A stretch of DNA of 63,991 nucleotides, filler included, from Octopus bimaculoides (lineage: Eukaryota), in NCBI RefSeq assembly GCF_001194135.2. It is 10 parts of 9 records of this genome, joined end to end, with 100 filler letters (N's around TTAATTAATTAA, not from the genome) between each part and the next. Parts side by side here need not be neighbours in the genome. Positions count along the whole stretch, not along the records: positions 19,716 to 50,932 come from NC_068983.1; 9 more parts are not named here. One strand, written 5' to 3'. Each line of letters begins with the position of its first letter. Position 1 is the first letter of the stretch. The notes beneath the pieces are model-generated. The model was not told the origin of the DNA, did no database searches, and saw nothing but the letters and a program-made list of their open reading frames with translations. This document shows, piece by piece, positions 25,075 to 39,169 of this stretch. The position numbers were made by a program, and so were the translations under genes.

Positions 25075-25275
25075 GGCTGTGAGCTGGAAGAATCGTATGC
25101 TCACCAGACACAATTTTTAACAGCATTCTGTCCCTTTTCAAGAAGTTCTGAGTTCAAACTTTGCCTTTCATCATTTCAGAGTCGATACAATAATTACCAT
25201 TTGAGTGCTGGGATCAATGTAATCGACTTATTCCCTTCCTCGAAATTACTGGCCCTGTGCCAAAATTTGAAAACA
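25075..25275 (+). mobile_element. SINE family A
   Basis: gagctggaagaatcg head, gagttcaaactttgcctttcatc core, gaaattactggccctgtgccaaaatttgaaa tail. Confidence 0.75.
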
Positions 25276-25396
25276 CTGTAAAGTACTCAGAAAATGACAT
25301 TGTGATACTAATAAATCAAAACATGCACGACAGACTTCCTTTGAACAACATTGATTGACTAGAAAGGCTTTTAAACATAACTCCGTAGAATTACCA

Positions 25397-25674
25397 AATG
25401 AATTTAAGAATGTCTAGAAAATTAGAAATGTTCAAAGCTGTTCTAAGTAATGGTAGTGAATTCAGCTTCGATTACATCGGGTAAAATTCCTAATTTTAAA
25501 TAGATACCTTCAAAAATCTCGAGACCAGCATTTTTAATGAATTTAAGAATGTCTAGAAAATTAGAAAAGTTCAAAGTTGTTCTAAGTAATGGTAGTGAAT
25601 TCAGCTTCGATTACATCGGGTAAAATTCCTAATTTTAAATAGATACCTTCAAAAATCTCGAGACCAGCATTTTT
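25397..25674. repeat. 139-bp tandem duplication
   Basis: Units 25397-25535 and 25536-25674 differ at only two positions by eye. Confidence 0.95.
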
Positions 25675-25773
25675 ATTTAATACGGCTAACTTACAGGGAA
25701 CGCCAACTGCAAGTGGTGTCCATCGTCGTAACATATTTACCGCTTATATTTAAGAGAACAAACAAATAATGTC

Positions 25774-25878
25774 ATTGCCGGGTCCTTCAGTTATTCGAAA
25801 CCCTGTAAAAGAACTCGGCAGGTTGGACTTCCAACTAGGCCTTTCACGATACCCTAAAAGCCATCAAGTTTTTAGCAC
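25774..25878. repeat. Unclassified ~105-bp dispersed repeat, copy 2
   Basis: Same orientation and conserved blocks as 14391-14496. Confidence 0.8.
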
Positions 25879-26588
25879 AGCTCCTCGTATTCATGTGTGA
25901 GCGCGCACGAGTGTTTTTCTCTGTGTGTGCGTGTGGTTATACTATCATCCATTATATGTTATTGGAATCTGTGTTAGTGAACAATTCTATTGCATGACAT
26001 TGAATAATGAATAGTTTTGGAAAAACATTGGCATGGTTACAGTACATTTTGTGAGATATGCAAACATTAGAAAAATCCAAAGAGGTCACCAACTGCTGTG
26101 CCTCCTCTCTGTCCGTGTTCATTGCCAATGAATGAATATATGTATGTATGCATGCATAGTGTTTTGCTTATGGATTATTTTTCAGGATATCAAACTTGAT
26201 GTTGTTCACAAAAATTGAAATGCGCTCTTTTATATACCTACTTTCGATTTCTATAATATAAAGCAATGGCGTTTTGTTCGGCGTCTGGTTAATACAGGGA
26301 TTCCACATATCTTTTAAATGATTTATATTTAAAACTCTTCAGCTGTCATCAACAATTTTCAAAAATTTCAGCAGACACATCATTGATATATACTTTTAGT
26401 TATACTGTCAAAATATTTTCTTTTCATTTCTATCTCGACAACAAACAACTATTTGAATAAAAATTAATGCCATCAAATCCTGTTTAACACAACATTAACA
26501 AGTCTGTTATTAATCATAAGGTCTCGCAAGAATTTGTCTCATTCTAAACCAGCTGAACAAATGAAAGTCTTGGAAACGTTTTGTGGTT

Positions 26589-26632
26589 CCGGGAGGTTGC
26601 CGGGAGGTTGCCGGGAGGTTGCCGGGAGGTTA
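26589..26632. repeat. GC-rich 11-bp minisatellite (CCGGGAGGTTG)x4
   Basis: Directly visible; last unit ends in A. Confidence 0.95.
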
Positions 26633-27842
26633 CCAGAAGGTATATATCGACGCATATTATCAAAGCAAATATATTGGTATTCATTGTTTTTGTATATACA
26701 TTTTATATGAATATTGGCCATATTCTCAACTAAATACTAATTAGGTTTTCACAAAACACAGTGAATAGATGCTTCTATTACAGAATTACAGGTGTAACTT
26801 GTGAGCTGCAAGTGTGATTAGTATGCAAAACTCATGATGTTACACTCACATAAATATACAAAAATTGGAATGCTTGAATATAAATTTATTTAGTTACGTC
26901 ATATAAAACTTGTTGCATTAAAAATAAAGAAAAAAAAACTTACAAAATTATTTTACTGTCAAATCTTCCGCGATTACGTAACAAACATAAAAATCACAAT
27001 TAAGAATTTTTAATGAAGATCATAAAGTGATATAGTAAGAAACATGTTTAAATATATTTTCTACTTTAAAATGGTCGAAGAAATTATAAAAATGATAGAG
27101 TACTAAAGCAAGAAAATAAAGTCTTTACTATAAGAGAAAGGGAGAAAGTACAAATTGTATGGATTGACCTAACTCCATCAGATTGATCATAACAATCAAA
27201 GCTACCATTCAAGTACTTGACAACTAGCTGATAATTACTAAACATCATCAAAAGTACTTGCACTTGGATCATCACACACACATATACATTTACATATATA
27301 TATATATATATATATATANNNNNNNNNNNNNNNNNNNNNNNNNNNNNNNNNNNNNNNNNNNNNNNNNNNNNNNNNNNNNNNNNNNNNNNNNNNNNNNNNN
27401 NNNNNNNNNNNNNNNNNNNNNNNNNNNNNNNNNNNNNNNNNNNNNNNNNNNNNNNNNNNNNNNNNNNNNNNNNNNNNNNNNNNNNNNNNNNNNNNNNNNN
27501 NNNNNNNNNNNNNNNNNNNNNNNNNNNNNNNNNNNNNNNNNNNNNNNNNNNNNNNNNNNNNNNNNNNNNNNNNNNNNNNNNNNNNNNNNNNNNNNNNNNN
27601 NNNNNNNNNNNNNNNNNNNNNNNNNNNNNNNNNNNNNNNNNNNNNNNNNNNNNNNNNNNNNNNNNNNNNNNNNNNNNNNNNNNNNNNNNNNNNNNNNNNN
27701 NNNNNNNNNNNNNNNNNNNNNNNNNNNNNNNNNNNNNNNNNNNNNNNNNNNNNNNNNNNNNNNNNNNNNNNNNNNNNNNNNNNNNNNNNNNNNNNNNNNN
27801 NNNNNNNNNNNNNNNNNNNNNNNNNNNNNNNNNNNNNNNNNN

Positions 27843-27883
<41 letters not shown>

Positions 27884-28119
27884 AATATACATATCTATCT
27901 ATATAAATGTATGTGTGTGTGTACCCATAGGCATACATGAACGTGTATGTGTGGGGGTAGGCTTCCAGGAAGATGAATGGTAATTTACGGTTGCGTTGAA
28001 ATCATTGCAGATTTGAAAAATCAAGCTGTTTATATGTCCTTCGTTGTATAACGGGTATTGTTAATGAAATTCGTGTAACGCAAAACAACTAAATACTTTA
28101 TATACAAAATCTGCAGCTG

Positions 28120-28785
28120 GAAATGAAAACTATAAATAATATGGGTAGCATATTAACAATTTTACAACCTAAAGGCAAATTTATAGACGTCGCTAATGTG
28201 AGTTGAGCTTAATTCTAGAGGCGGTAAGAGTCACCGATGAGAATTAAGATGCTCTACATCAAAATTCGAAATTACCGGGGATACGGTTATGCCTGCGAAC
28301 GTAGGGAGCTTTGTCTCCTCTGTCAGTTTATTAAGATATTACTCTTGCCACTAAGAGTCGGTTTGCCTCTTATTTCTAGCAATGCCGGTACCACTCTGTA
28401 CCCTCTGTCATTTTAGTGACGTCTATAAATTTGCAATTAGGTTGTTAAATTGCTAATAAGCTAACCATATTATTTATAGTTTTCACTTCTACCGTTTTTG
28501 AAATGAGCACGTTTTCAATGGATTTGCTTATAAGATGACGACGACAATTGAGCCTAACCCTAAATGCGGTAAGAGCCAATGATCAAGATTAAGAGGCTCT
28601 GCATCAAAATTCGAAATCATCACCGGTGGTATGGCTGTGTCTGCGACCGTAGGGAGCTTTGTCTCCCTCGTCAGCTTATTTCTAGCAATGCCGATACGAC
28701 GTTGTACCCTCTGTGACTTTAGTGACGTCTATAAATCTGCCTTTAAGTTGTTGAATTGCTAAGAAGCCACCCATGTTATTTATAT
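28120..28785. mobile_element. Fold-back/MITE-like element with 77-bp inverted arms plus a partial tandem duplicate
   Basis: 28120-28196 is the reverse complement (about 9 mismatches) of 28413-28489; core plus right arm recur diverged at about 28549-28785. Confidence 0.7.
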
Positions 28786-29961
28786 ACACACACGCACACG
28801 CACACACACAAATTATGATACTTCTCACGATGATTGAAGTAAAATGCATCAAATCGAAGCTTTCTGTATCATTACATAAGAATGCACGTGAGCTTCTAAT
28901 TACTACTTATATGTATATGTGAGTCGTGCAATTTTAATTTAAAATGAACTGTATACGTATAAAAACAGACCAAGAGAGCAAATCAAGAATGATTAGCGTA
29001 CTTGCACTACAATGGCGACTACGTTTTCTGTTAACAAAATTTTATATGTTAATAATCTACAAGTAAATATATAAAACCTTAATGATAACTTTCTTGTTTA
29101 CCTATGACAGTCTCTCATCTTATAAAACATACTTATTTGGTACAATACTCTATAATAATTGGTGTACTAATTTGTAATAAGAGCACAAATACAATGTTAT
29201 TCTTATCCCCCAGGAGAACGGCATTTTATGGATGGTTTCAGCGCGAATGTTGCCAGTGAATGTGATGTTCTGCTTTGAATTGCTTCTGTATTTTCTCTGA
29301 TAAAGCTGCTATTAGCCACATTTGCTAAAAATTATAAATTGAAACGGTGGTTTTTTTCTTTTCAATCCAAGGTAATGAAATAATTTTCTCTAATGATTTT
29401 ACAACACTCTGTAAATTCAATTTTTATTCCTAAGTGTTGGAATATTTCTTCATTTTTCAACCTCTTTTCAAGTATTTTATATCGCGTTATAGGACCTGAT
29501 AATGCAAGTGTTGATAGATCTAAGGCTTCTAGCAATTAGAACTAAAAGATTCCCTTTTTATACTACATTAAAAGTATTTCTCATTAACAACCAATTCACA
29601 ATATTGTGAAACATGATTTCAGTCCTGTAAATCAAATAATGGGAAAATAATTTAATTTCTTGTTCTTTGCAAGAGCAGTTCAATGGTGAAGCTCCAATAT
29701 ATTAGGCACAATTATCAAGTTTAGAAGAGATTAGATGGTTCAATTGATTGATTCAGATAATTTAAACACTCAGAGGTTTTCAATGAACTAAAAGACGAAA
29801 GTCAAAGTCGACTTGCTATTCATGTATATATTTATTTACATGTACATTCTTCTGAGTATTATTCCTATTGTAAAACGTATTTTCAAGCCAAACATTCGAG
29901 ATGGGAATGCATGTGCCTTTTATACGTTGAATCTTAATTTTGACACAAAAACAGGCACGTT

Positions 29962-30191
29962 TTTCTTTCATTTGTTTCAGTCATTTGACTGCGGCCATTC
30001 TAGAGCACTGCCTTGAAGGGTTTTAGTTGAACGTTTCGACCCCAGGGCTTATTTATTGAGCCTAGTATTATTTCATCTTAATCTTTTGTCGATCCGCTAA
30101 GTTACGGGTACGTAAATACACCAACAGCGTTTGTCGGGTGGTGATGGGGGAAAAACACAAAGACACACACACACACACACANNNNNNNNNN

Positions 30192-30237
<46 letters not shown>

Positions 30238-30385
30238 CGGGCTGATTTCAGTTTCCATTTACCAAATACACTCACAAGACTTTGGTTAGCTCGAGGCTAT
30301 AGTAGAAGACACTCGCCAGGCAGTGAGATTGAACCTGGAACAATGTGATTGGGGAGCGTGCTTCTTATCACACAGCCACGCCTGT
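29962..30385 (-). mobile_element. CORE-type SINE family B with internal (TA)/(TG) run and gap
   Basis: Head 30235-30385 (cacagccacgcct; gtagaagacact) and tail 29962-30170 (tttcagtcatttgactgcggcc) on the minus strand. Confidence 0.85.
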
Positions 30386-30635
30386 ATTTGTGCATACAAA
30401 GACACAGATATTAATATATAAATATGTGTGTATGCATGTACGTATATGTGTATGCATGCATGTATGCATTTATGTATGTATGTATGTATGTATGTATACA
30501 TGCATGCATTTATGTATGTATGTATGTATGTATGTATGTATATGTATGTATGTATGCATGCATTTATGTATGTATCTATGTTTGTATGTAGGTATGTATG
30601 TACGTATGTATACATGAAATATACCATGCTATCTA

Positions 30636-31152
30636 TTAGGTTGAGGAAAAAGTTCGTGCGCAGTGTTAAAATAATGCTTTTTTTATATATTTTGTGGCTT
30701 GTGTGTTCATTCAGTTCATGTCATGTTCAATGGTGACTCACTGTGTTCGTCAAAAATGTGCTTTGATTTAACAAGACAACGCAAACCTTCAATACCACCA
30801 GTAAGACCAGCAACAAGATTGAAGAATCACACAGCGCGGAAGTTCTTCCTCCTCCTCCAGCCTAGATTCCAGATGTTGCTCCATTTGACTATGGCCTCTT
30901 CCGATCAACGCAGCACTTTATGAAAGGTCACCGATTTTAGTCATTCGATGAAGTCGAAGAAGCCTGTCAAAAATTCTTCGATTCAAAGCCGAAGGAATGG
31001 TATTTTGACCAAATCCAGAAGCTTGCAAATCGTTGGCAGAAGGTCGTGAAAAATGATGGTCTTTATTTTGAAAAATAGTTGTTTTTGATTGAATTCTTGT
31101 ATTAAAAAAATCATTATTTTAATACGGCGCACGAACTTTTTCCTCAACATAG
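30636..31152 (+). mobile_element. Internally deleted mariner (MITE-like, about 517 bp)
   Basis: TIR core gttgaggaaaaagttcgtgcg (30640-30660) matches 31128-31148 exactly; retained C-terminus QDNA..., EVLPPPPA*IPDVAPFDYGLFRSTQHF ... LANRWQKVVKNDGLYFEK*. Confidence 0.9.
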
Positions 31153-32131
31153 CATTGCAACGAAAGTTAAAGGTAAATAGTGACTGACAGTTAATTATTT
31201 CCCCTTAACCTGTGTTAAGAGAGATAATTATCTGCTACCTACTCGTAGTAGGATTTGATGAAAATTATCTGATAATAATAACGTTATGTGTACGAATAAT
31301 TGTATTTTGATTCTACAAATACATATTCAGTTTCGCAATGCGAAGCTGGTAAATTTCAGCATTTAAGATATAGGTAAAGGCAATCATACAAAGACAAGTA
31401 TATTCTTCGCATATCTTTTAATTCTTTCTATTCAGGTATCATTAAGAAAAATTAGTTATGTAATGCATTATAATTATATGTCAGTTGAATTAAGTCTTTA
31501 TTACAATATACATTTATTCTGTCAAGTTACATTGTTTTCCTCGTTTTTCCAGAAGAAAACTGTTAAGTTTTAGTAACAAAAGTATTGTTAGCTGAACTTA
31601 AGTTGGACGTTTCCTCTACCAATGCATTCAAAACGCAACTCCCATCAGTTTATAGAGCGTTTATAACATAGCAAGTAATTACCCTGCAATTTAGATAGTT
31701 GTGATAATAATACTTGATTCTCATGATATACTACTCCTTACAGAATCTTGAACGTTTTCTCTATATTTCAAAATGATTTTTAACTCTAGATTTATCGATA
31801 CTGCAAATGGCATATAGTTTTGCATTGAAGACATTAATTGATTTTTTTACAAAGGTGCATTGCAGACTATTTTGGAATATATTGTCAACCCTAAATCACC
31901 TACTGACAAATACTAACAATCTGCAGATTATATATAATCACATCAGTGATTTCACAAGACCTTGATTGCATTACAAATGATAAGACCCAACTAGGTTAAA
32001 ATCACAATTATTCGTTAGCGAGGTTTAGGCTTTCCATCCAGAAAGATTTAACAATAAAATTGTTTTAGAACACACACACACACACACATATATATACATA
32101 TACATATACACACACACACATATACATATAT

Positions 32132-32184
<53 letters not shown>

Positions 32185-32926
32185 TATAGATTTATTTCGA
32201 CATTACAGCGAAACCACAATTTCGGTTTGTCGCAGTATCACTACAGAACTAAACTCTTGTAATGAGGCTCAGATCGATATTTGTTTGTTGCAATTTGGTA
32301 CGTGATAACTATTATCCTTTACATTATTACATACCAGACCCCCTTATTTTTGCAGCAATAATTTTTCGCTTACAACAGATTATTCACACGTACAAGAATT
32401 CCCACTACTTTCTGAATTCGAAGGGAAATTAATCAAAATACTTGAAATTCAAAAGACATACTATTATTTCTACTTCTATGCTCGTATAATGTAGTAATGA
32501 CTATAAAGCGTTTATTTCCTTTAAAATACGAAAACAAAAGTTTTCATCTTTTTTTCTTTTTTGGTCGTTTCCAAATGATTTACGTTCGGTATGTAATTGA
32601 ACATAGCGTGTCTACTTTGATGTGCTTTTCACTCATTATTACCAGGCCAACTAGTCTTAGAGAGCTACCTGGAAACCTATAATTTGTAACTATATTCATG
32701 TTGATTATAACAATCATAAATATTATATTAATCCACTACGCCAACAATGAAATGGTAAAAAAAAAAATAATGGCATGAGCAAGAGAAATCTATGCGATAA
32801 ACAGTGCGTGTTACGTTATTTCAATCTCTTCTGTAATCAATATATTTGATGATGCAATGCATACATGCATACATACACACATACGCACATACACATGTGC
32901 GCACGCATATATTTTATGGATGTGTA

Positions 32927-32957
<31 letters not shown>

Positions 32958-32960
32958 CTA

Positions 32961-33000
<40 letters not shown>

Positions 33001-35119
33001 TGTATGTGTGTGTGTGCATATATGTATGTATGTATTTATGTATGTATCAAGTTCTATTATAATAACGGCTGCATATCAGGAGTTACTTTATTGAGTGAAT
33101 ATTTTCATTCCACGCAATATAATCCGAATCACACAAGAATTATCGTATTTAATTCGTAAACTAAGATTAGAATACTGGGAAAAGATCTTACAAAACATAA
33201 TTTTCATGCCGTGATCTCTCTATAGGACTCTGTCAATTTGATCCTTCAATCTGTATATTCCCAATAAAGTAATATAATTTTCGTTACAAATTGATGGGGT
33301 TTTTTTTATTATTATTGGGTGTCGCAAAAATTTTGTCATTTATAAGATGCAATTCGTGAAATGAAAGTTTTATTTTCCATTATGCTGATTTAAATTATAA
33401 GTCACGGCTTCAAATGGCGTCTTAATTCTTCAGGAACTTAAAGTTGGGAACATACTTGTTGGTTCATCCTACGCTTTCATATCTGATGGCTTGTGCATTC
33501 TCTTTTATTTTTGTTTATTTAAGTTTTTTTTAAGTTTTGAACGTGGTTTTAGTGTATGAATTATTATTCGTAGTCATATTATCTCATCTTTTTTTTTTAT
33601 TATTTTCATTTTAATTTATTTCCTTAAATTCTGAACATACTAAGTGTTTAATCATTTAGATTTCCTTTATGAAATTCAAATCATATTATCATGACATTTT
33701 CAAGTGATAATTATAAATTGGTATCAAAAGAGTAATAATAATAATAATAACAACAACATCAACAACAATAATAAAACCAATAGCTATAATAAAAATAATA
33801 ATAATTTTAACATCGAAAACAAAATTGAAGATTTTGTAATTTAAAGTTCAAATGTTCAAATTGAATTAAAGAATATAGAAGTATAGAATGAGATCGATTA
33901 ATTTTTCTAAAATGAAAAAAATCAATAAACATAAAAGAAGAAATATCAAATTTAATCGCCAACACGAATAGAAAACTCACAGAAATTATATTTCCATAAC
34001 GGCAAAACATCCTGTCTTCTTTTGTTTCTTGTTTTGTTTTGTGTAGATTTTCATTCTTTTGTCTCCTTATTTTACTTTCATTTTTACGTTGTTGGTGAAG
34101 AAGAAAAGTATTTTTGTCAGTTTTTATTTTTCTGGATTTCTTTTTGTTGTTGTTGAGGTTATTGTTATAGTTCTTGTTTATGCTTTTAAATATGTTCTCT
34201 GAGTGATTATATACCTGCTGATTCTCTCAATCTTGGGAAATTTAAGTGAAGAAAGAGAAAATACAGTTACGAAATACAATGGAAATGTTTCCAAAATGTT
34301 TATTGTGAGATTCAAAGTAAACTAGAACGCAAGTTCTCGCGTTAAGCCCAACATCTCTTAATGATATCTAGTTCTCGCAGCTCGGTTCTTATTTACACCC
34401 AGGGAAGCGAATTCTTATAAATAGTGACATTTGGAAGTTCAGTATATTTGATGTAAAGAGGGAAACGGTATATGATTCCTTCAATGTTGCTTATTATAAT
34501 GTTAATGTTATAGTTCTTCTGGTTGTAATTATTCTTGTTTAAAATCTATTGTTTGATAATGAAACATATCACATTATCAATGAATGGTGACGAATCAACA
34601 ATAAATAAATACCACATTAGGAATAAGCAATAATGGACACTCAAAATCCAACGAATAATGTCCAGTGATGACAATTAAACAATGAATAACCAATGACCAA
34701 TAACCGATAATGATTCACCAATACGCATCTGTAACTAATTAAACTTCAGAGTAATTTATAATACTATCAAATTCATTTTATCGAATTCGTACATCGTTCG
34801 TCTACTAAGATAATGGAGCTGCTGTCTACGTCACTTGTAATTGGATTTATTATTCCATCCGATAATGGTTTGTGTTGCTTATAATATTATGATTCTTTAG
34901 CTAAGACATGAGAGTCTAAAATAGGGCTTACAGCAGGTAGTATGAAACAAAAAATCACGTTATGATGGTAACCGACGCTAACAACACAACATTGGTCAGT
35001 TGCTATGTATGAGCGTAAGTATGGTTGTCTCTTTAAAATACTAGCTTTGCAACCATGCTGTCTTCTTTATTAAAAAAAAAAACACGTGTAAACTACAACG
35101 ATGCAATATAAATGTCTGT

Positions 35120-35820
35120 TATATGTGCATGTGTATGTGTGTAGCTGTATGCGTGTGCGCATGTGTGTGTGTGCGCATGTGTGTGTGTGCGCATGTGTGT
35201 GTGTGCGCATGTGTGTGTGTGCGGGCGTACGGGCAAATACGTACGAGTGCATGCATGCATGCATGCGTTTGTATGCGTGAGTGTGCGTATGGCCAAATAC
35301 GTATACGTTAGTACGTGCCATAAGCACGTGTGTCTGCGTAAGTGTTTGCGATGCATGTAAGGGTATGTGTGCGTATTAGTGTCTGGTGTACGTGAGTATG
35401 CACATTTCTGCATTTATATATATGTCTATTTGGATGTGTGCATGTCTATCTGGATGAATGGTTTATGCGTGTGTGCGTTTGTGCGCTTATATCGGGTGTG
35501 TATGTATATGGGTAATTCTAATATTTGTGTGTGTGTGTATGTGGGTGGGTGTGTGTGTGTGTGCTTGTATGTGTGTGTGTTAGTGGGTTTGTGTGTAAGT
35601 ACAGCTAATATATGCTAACAATGGCATTATTGATGGTGAGTAACCGGATTTGCCGTTGGACAAAGATTTGACAGTGTTAGGGGAAAGAAGAAAAGGCATA
35701 CATACATAGATATGTGTGTGTTTGAGTGTGTATGCGTGTGTGTATGTGCATGTGAGTTTGTGTGTGTGTGTGTGTGTGTCTGTGTGTGCGTCTGTGTGTC
35801 TGTATGCACACCTATGTATA
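35120..35820. repeat. Degenerate (TG)n/(TGTA)n/(TGCGCA) low-complexity array
   Basis: Directly visible. Confidence 0.85.
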
Positions 35821-36447
35821 CGAAGTCGATCATCAGAAATCACAGAAAATGCATAGGCCTGGAAAGTCATCCTGTTGTTTTTGCTGGTAGCGGTAGATAA
35901 GTATCTACTCTTGCTTATATATATGAACTTAATATGTAAAACACTCTTGCTCGAAATATATGAGAAAATGGAAAGAGCAAAGATAAGTCTACCAATTGTA
36001 TGTGGTTCGTGTGTATGTGCGAATGTGTGTGTGTGTATGTATGTAAGTCCTTGTCCAAAACATAGACGATACAAAAATATATATAGTACTGTATAATTAC
36101 ATGTGTCGGCAAAAGCTTTTTATTTCAAAAATATCGCAATGAATACACGACTGTAACCCACTTTAGTGTCTAATCGTATTTATGCAGAATTTTTTTTCCC
36201 CATTTCTGAATTAGAAGTTTACATTTAATTTGTAGCACCAACGTTTCCTGGTCCTTTAATGAAACAAAACGCTCCCAGCCTTATTTATATAAAATAATAG
36301 TAGGGTTTCTCATGACTGTGTCATTGATTTATGTTGTAGGCAACAGATGAGCCTGGAAGTAATGATGTAACTAAATGTATACCATAGTGACTAAGAACCG
36401 TGCTGGTAGTAATAGAAGCTTTTTTCATGAAATCTGCGGTTAAACGT

Positions 36448-36838
36448 TGTCGTAAGTTAACTCCCCGGCCCCAGTAGACAAATTAGAAGGGGCGTTGCCC
36501 CGCAGGATGGCGAGGGAAATGCGCAGAAGCACCACTCTGACTCACAGAACTTGCCATCTCCACCCCGATAGCGGTGAGCAGAAAATGGTCCGGGGCGAAG
36601 AACGCCAGAGGTCTCTACAGTTTAGAATATAAAACTTGTCGGAGAACAACCGATACTCAAACAGCTTGCTTTTCTCCTCCTAATGAGCAGCGATGCTGCT
36701 GGAGAAGGTGTCACAACATGTGGAATCCCAGATGAGAGGCCTGCCACCACAGACCAGGAACATTTATACCGTAGTTGCATTTCGTATAATGTATTAAAGC
36801 GAGTTCCAGCTGTTCTTCATTGTCAATTCAGAGCAACA
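36448..36838 (+). mobile_element. Candidate solo LTR
   Basis: GC-rich island beginning TGTCG and ending GCAACA, with TATAAAA at 36628 and ATTAAA at 36793; no clean TSD. Confidence 0.35.
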
Positions 36839-37259
36839 AAACAAGGAACTTTTCAACAATGCATAAAATGAAAACATATTAATCACACATATATTATACA
36901 GGCACCCTAGTTTTAAAATTGATGTAATTTTAAAATTTTCTGAAAAAATACATTTCCACATAATAATGGAACATTGCGAAAACATCACAGTTAAAATTCT
37001 TCTCGTCAATGGGAAATCACACATTTGAAAGCTAATGAACCTACTTTAAAATTTTTCTTTCAGTGTACAAACGAAAACTCCAGACGTCACACTTCAAACT
37101 GGTAGATCCAAAGTACAATAAGAAAACTCTGAATACATCGTCAGTTGAATATAAATGTGTGTGTGCGCGCGTGTGTGCGTGTATTTTCTGTGTGAGTTCT
37201 CGTGTGTGAGTTTTGTCTGTGGCGCTCTTGTTGACTCTGACGGACTGTCTCAGCATAGG

Positions 37260-37800
37260 GCTTAGACGTTTTCATAGCGATGCAGCATGTTAATCAACCT
37301 GATGTTGATAACAGAATCCCGTTTGCAAAGACCATAAAGGAATGATGGACTGCCGCTTTGGATTCTATACCCCATTCGTATTTGTAAGCCTTCCTCTAGC
37401 GTGAGGAATCTCCAGCGCCATAATAACAATGCTTCTATTAACTGTTGTTGTATTATATGCTGTCCTGTTATTAGTAACACTTCCGAGATTCTTGAGATCA
37501 ACGTGGCACTTTTTTAAGTTACTTTTTCATGTGTCTTTGAAAAGCAGCTTGGGTTTTGCTGTTCTTCCTCCTCCTCTTTTGGAAAACTAAAAGATTTGCC
37601 ACTGCTTTGGAATCCTGTTAGTTATAGCTTAAATTCTCTATCCATCACATATGTCGCGCACATAAGATTAGCATCATGCTGGGTTGTTATGCTAGCTGCA
37701 AATATTTCAATGGTGGTAATTATTATGGGTATGAATTGTTTAAAGACTTTATGGGCAACACAAAAATAAAATGATCCAGCATCTGTTCGTGTCTTGAAAA
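37260..37800 (-). mobile_element. RTE-clade LINE 3' coding remnant
   Basis: Minus translation NRIPKQ ... KRGGGRTAKPKLLFKDT*KSNLKKCHVDLKNL...NR and a decayed terminal C..R...I.L..H motif, typical of RTE/BovB ORF ends. Confidence 0.65.
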
Positions 37801-39169
37801 TTATTCGATACGAAACCATAAGGCAAATTACTAAGGTTTTACACTGTTTTCAGTGTTATCGTATTTGTTCCACAGAGCATTTTGTTCTGCCGTACCAATT
37901 TTGAAAATTTTCCAAATATTGCAGCTGCCAGATATCTTTACATGGTGATGTGAATAGAAGCACTGTATTCTCGTAATGTGACCACTAGTTTCATAAAGCT
38001 AATCTTTAGGGAAAGGGGTTGGCATATGAAGGAAAGGTTGCTAATCGATTATTGCAGGTCTGCGCCTGCAGCAAACGTTTGATTGCAGGGTGAACAACCA
38101 ATACTGCATTATCAGCGAACGTATTGTCTTGAAATATAGACACAGATCCTTTGCTTTTGTACTCAACTAAACGAAGATGAAGGAAATTTATATCTGTGCT
38201 TCAATGGTAGGAGACATCATCAGCTGCTTGTTTCATAAAATGTACATCACATCAAAACATTTTTGTGTGTGTTTAACTGGCAAAAAATATGACCATCCAC
38301 CAAAATAACAATATCTGTTTCAACACACGATTTCACGTCAGGAATCTTGCAAAAACAAAATACATAAACGTAACATACACATACACACACACTCGCACAC
38401 GCGCACACAGACACATCCATCCATACATACATACATACATACCTATATACATATATATATGTATGTAGGTATGTATGTATATAATATATATACATATGTG
38501 CGTATGTGTGTGTGTATGTGCGTATGTGTGTGTAAAAATATACAAAGGGAACATAAAACACGATAGATCACATTTGTTTCTCCATCGCACACAAGCTTTA
38601 AGTTGCAGAGTTTATATTCATATACAATTAGAAGATCGATCTGTATATTTTTTATACACTTGAGTACTTTTCAGTAACAGTCGCGTGTGGGTGTTTCATA
38701 TGATAGAGTACGATTATATATATATATTATTTTATTTAAAAGAGTTCCAACTCTGTCTGTTTTTTATGTTTTATTTATATTCTTGTAAAATTAATGTGGT
38801 ATATAGAATATGGAATATATAATATAAAATATAAAAATGGATGGTACAATGAAATGATATGAAGTATTGAATCTCATATTGAATATATGGAATATGTCTT
38901 TGAATATATGAAATACTGAGTGTTCAATATAAAGGATTAAATATATAAAGGCGAATATAATTTCCTTTAGCGATTTTGTTTGCAAGATTCTTTATGTGAG
39001 TTCGTGTGTTGAAGTATAATCTGTTGTGTCTGGGGAGAGTCATTCTCTTGTAATGCCTTATAATTTAACACACTCACTGGTAAAATTTCCACTAATTTAC
39101 TTATTTATTTTTCAAAAATGTTCGTTGCGTATTGCGACGTTTTCAATAGTTGTTGACTCTGTCCGTTTA

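Noticed and set aside
33310-33480. Mariner TIR-like tattgggtgtcgcaaaaa
   Set aside because: No partner TIR or convincing transposase translation found.
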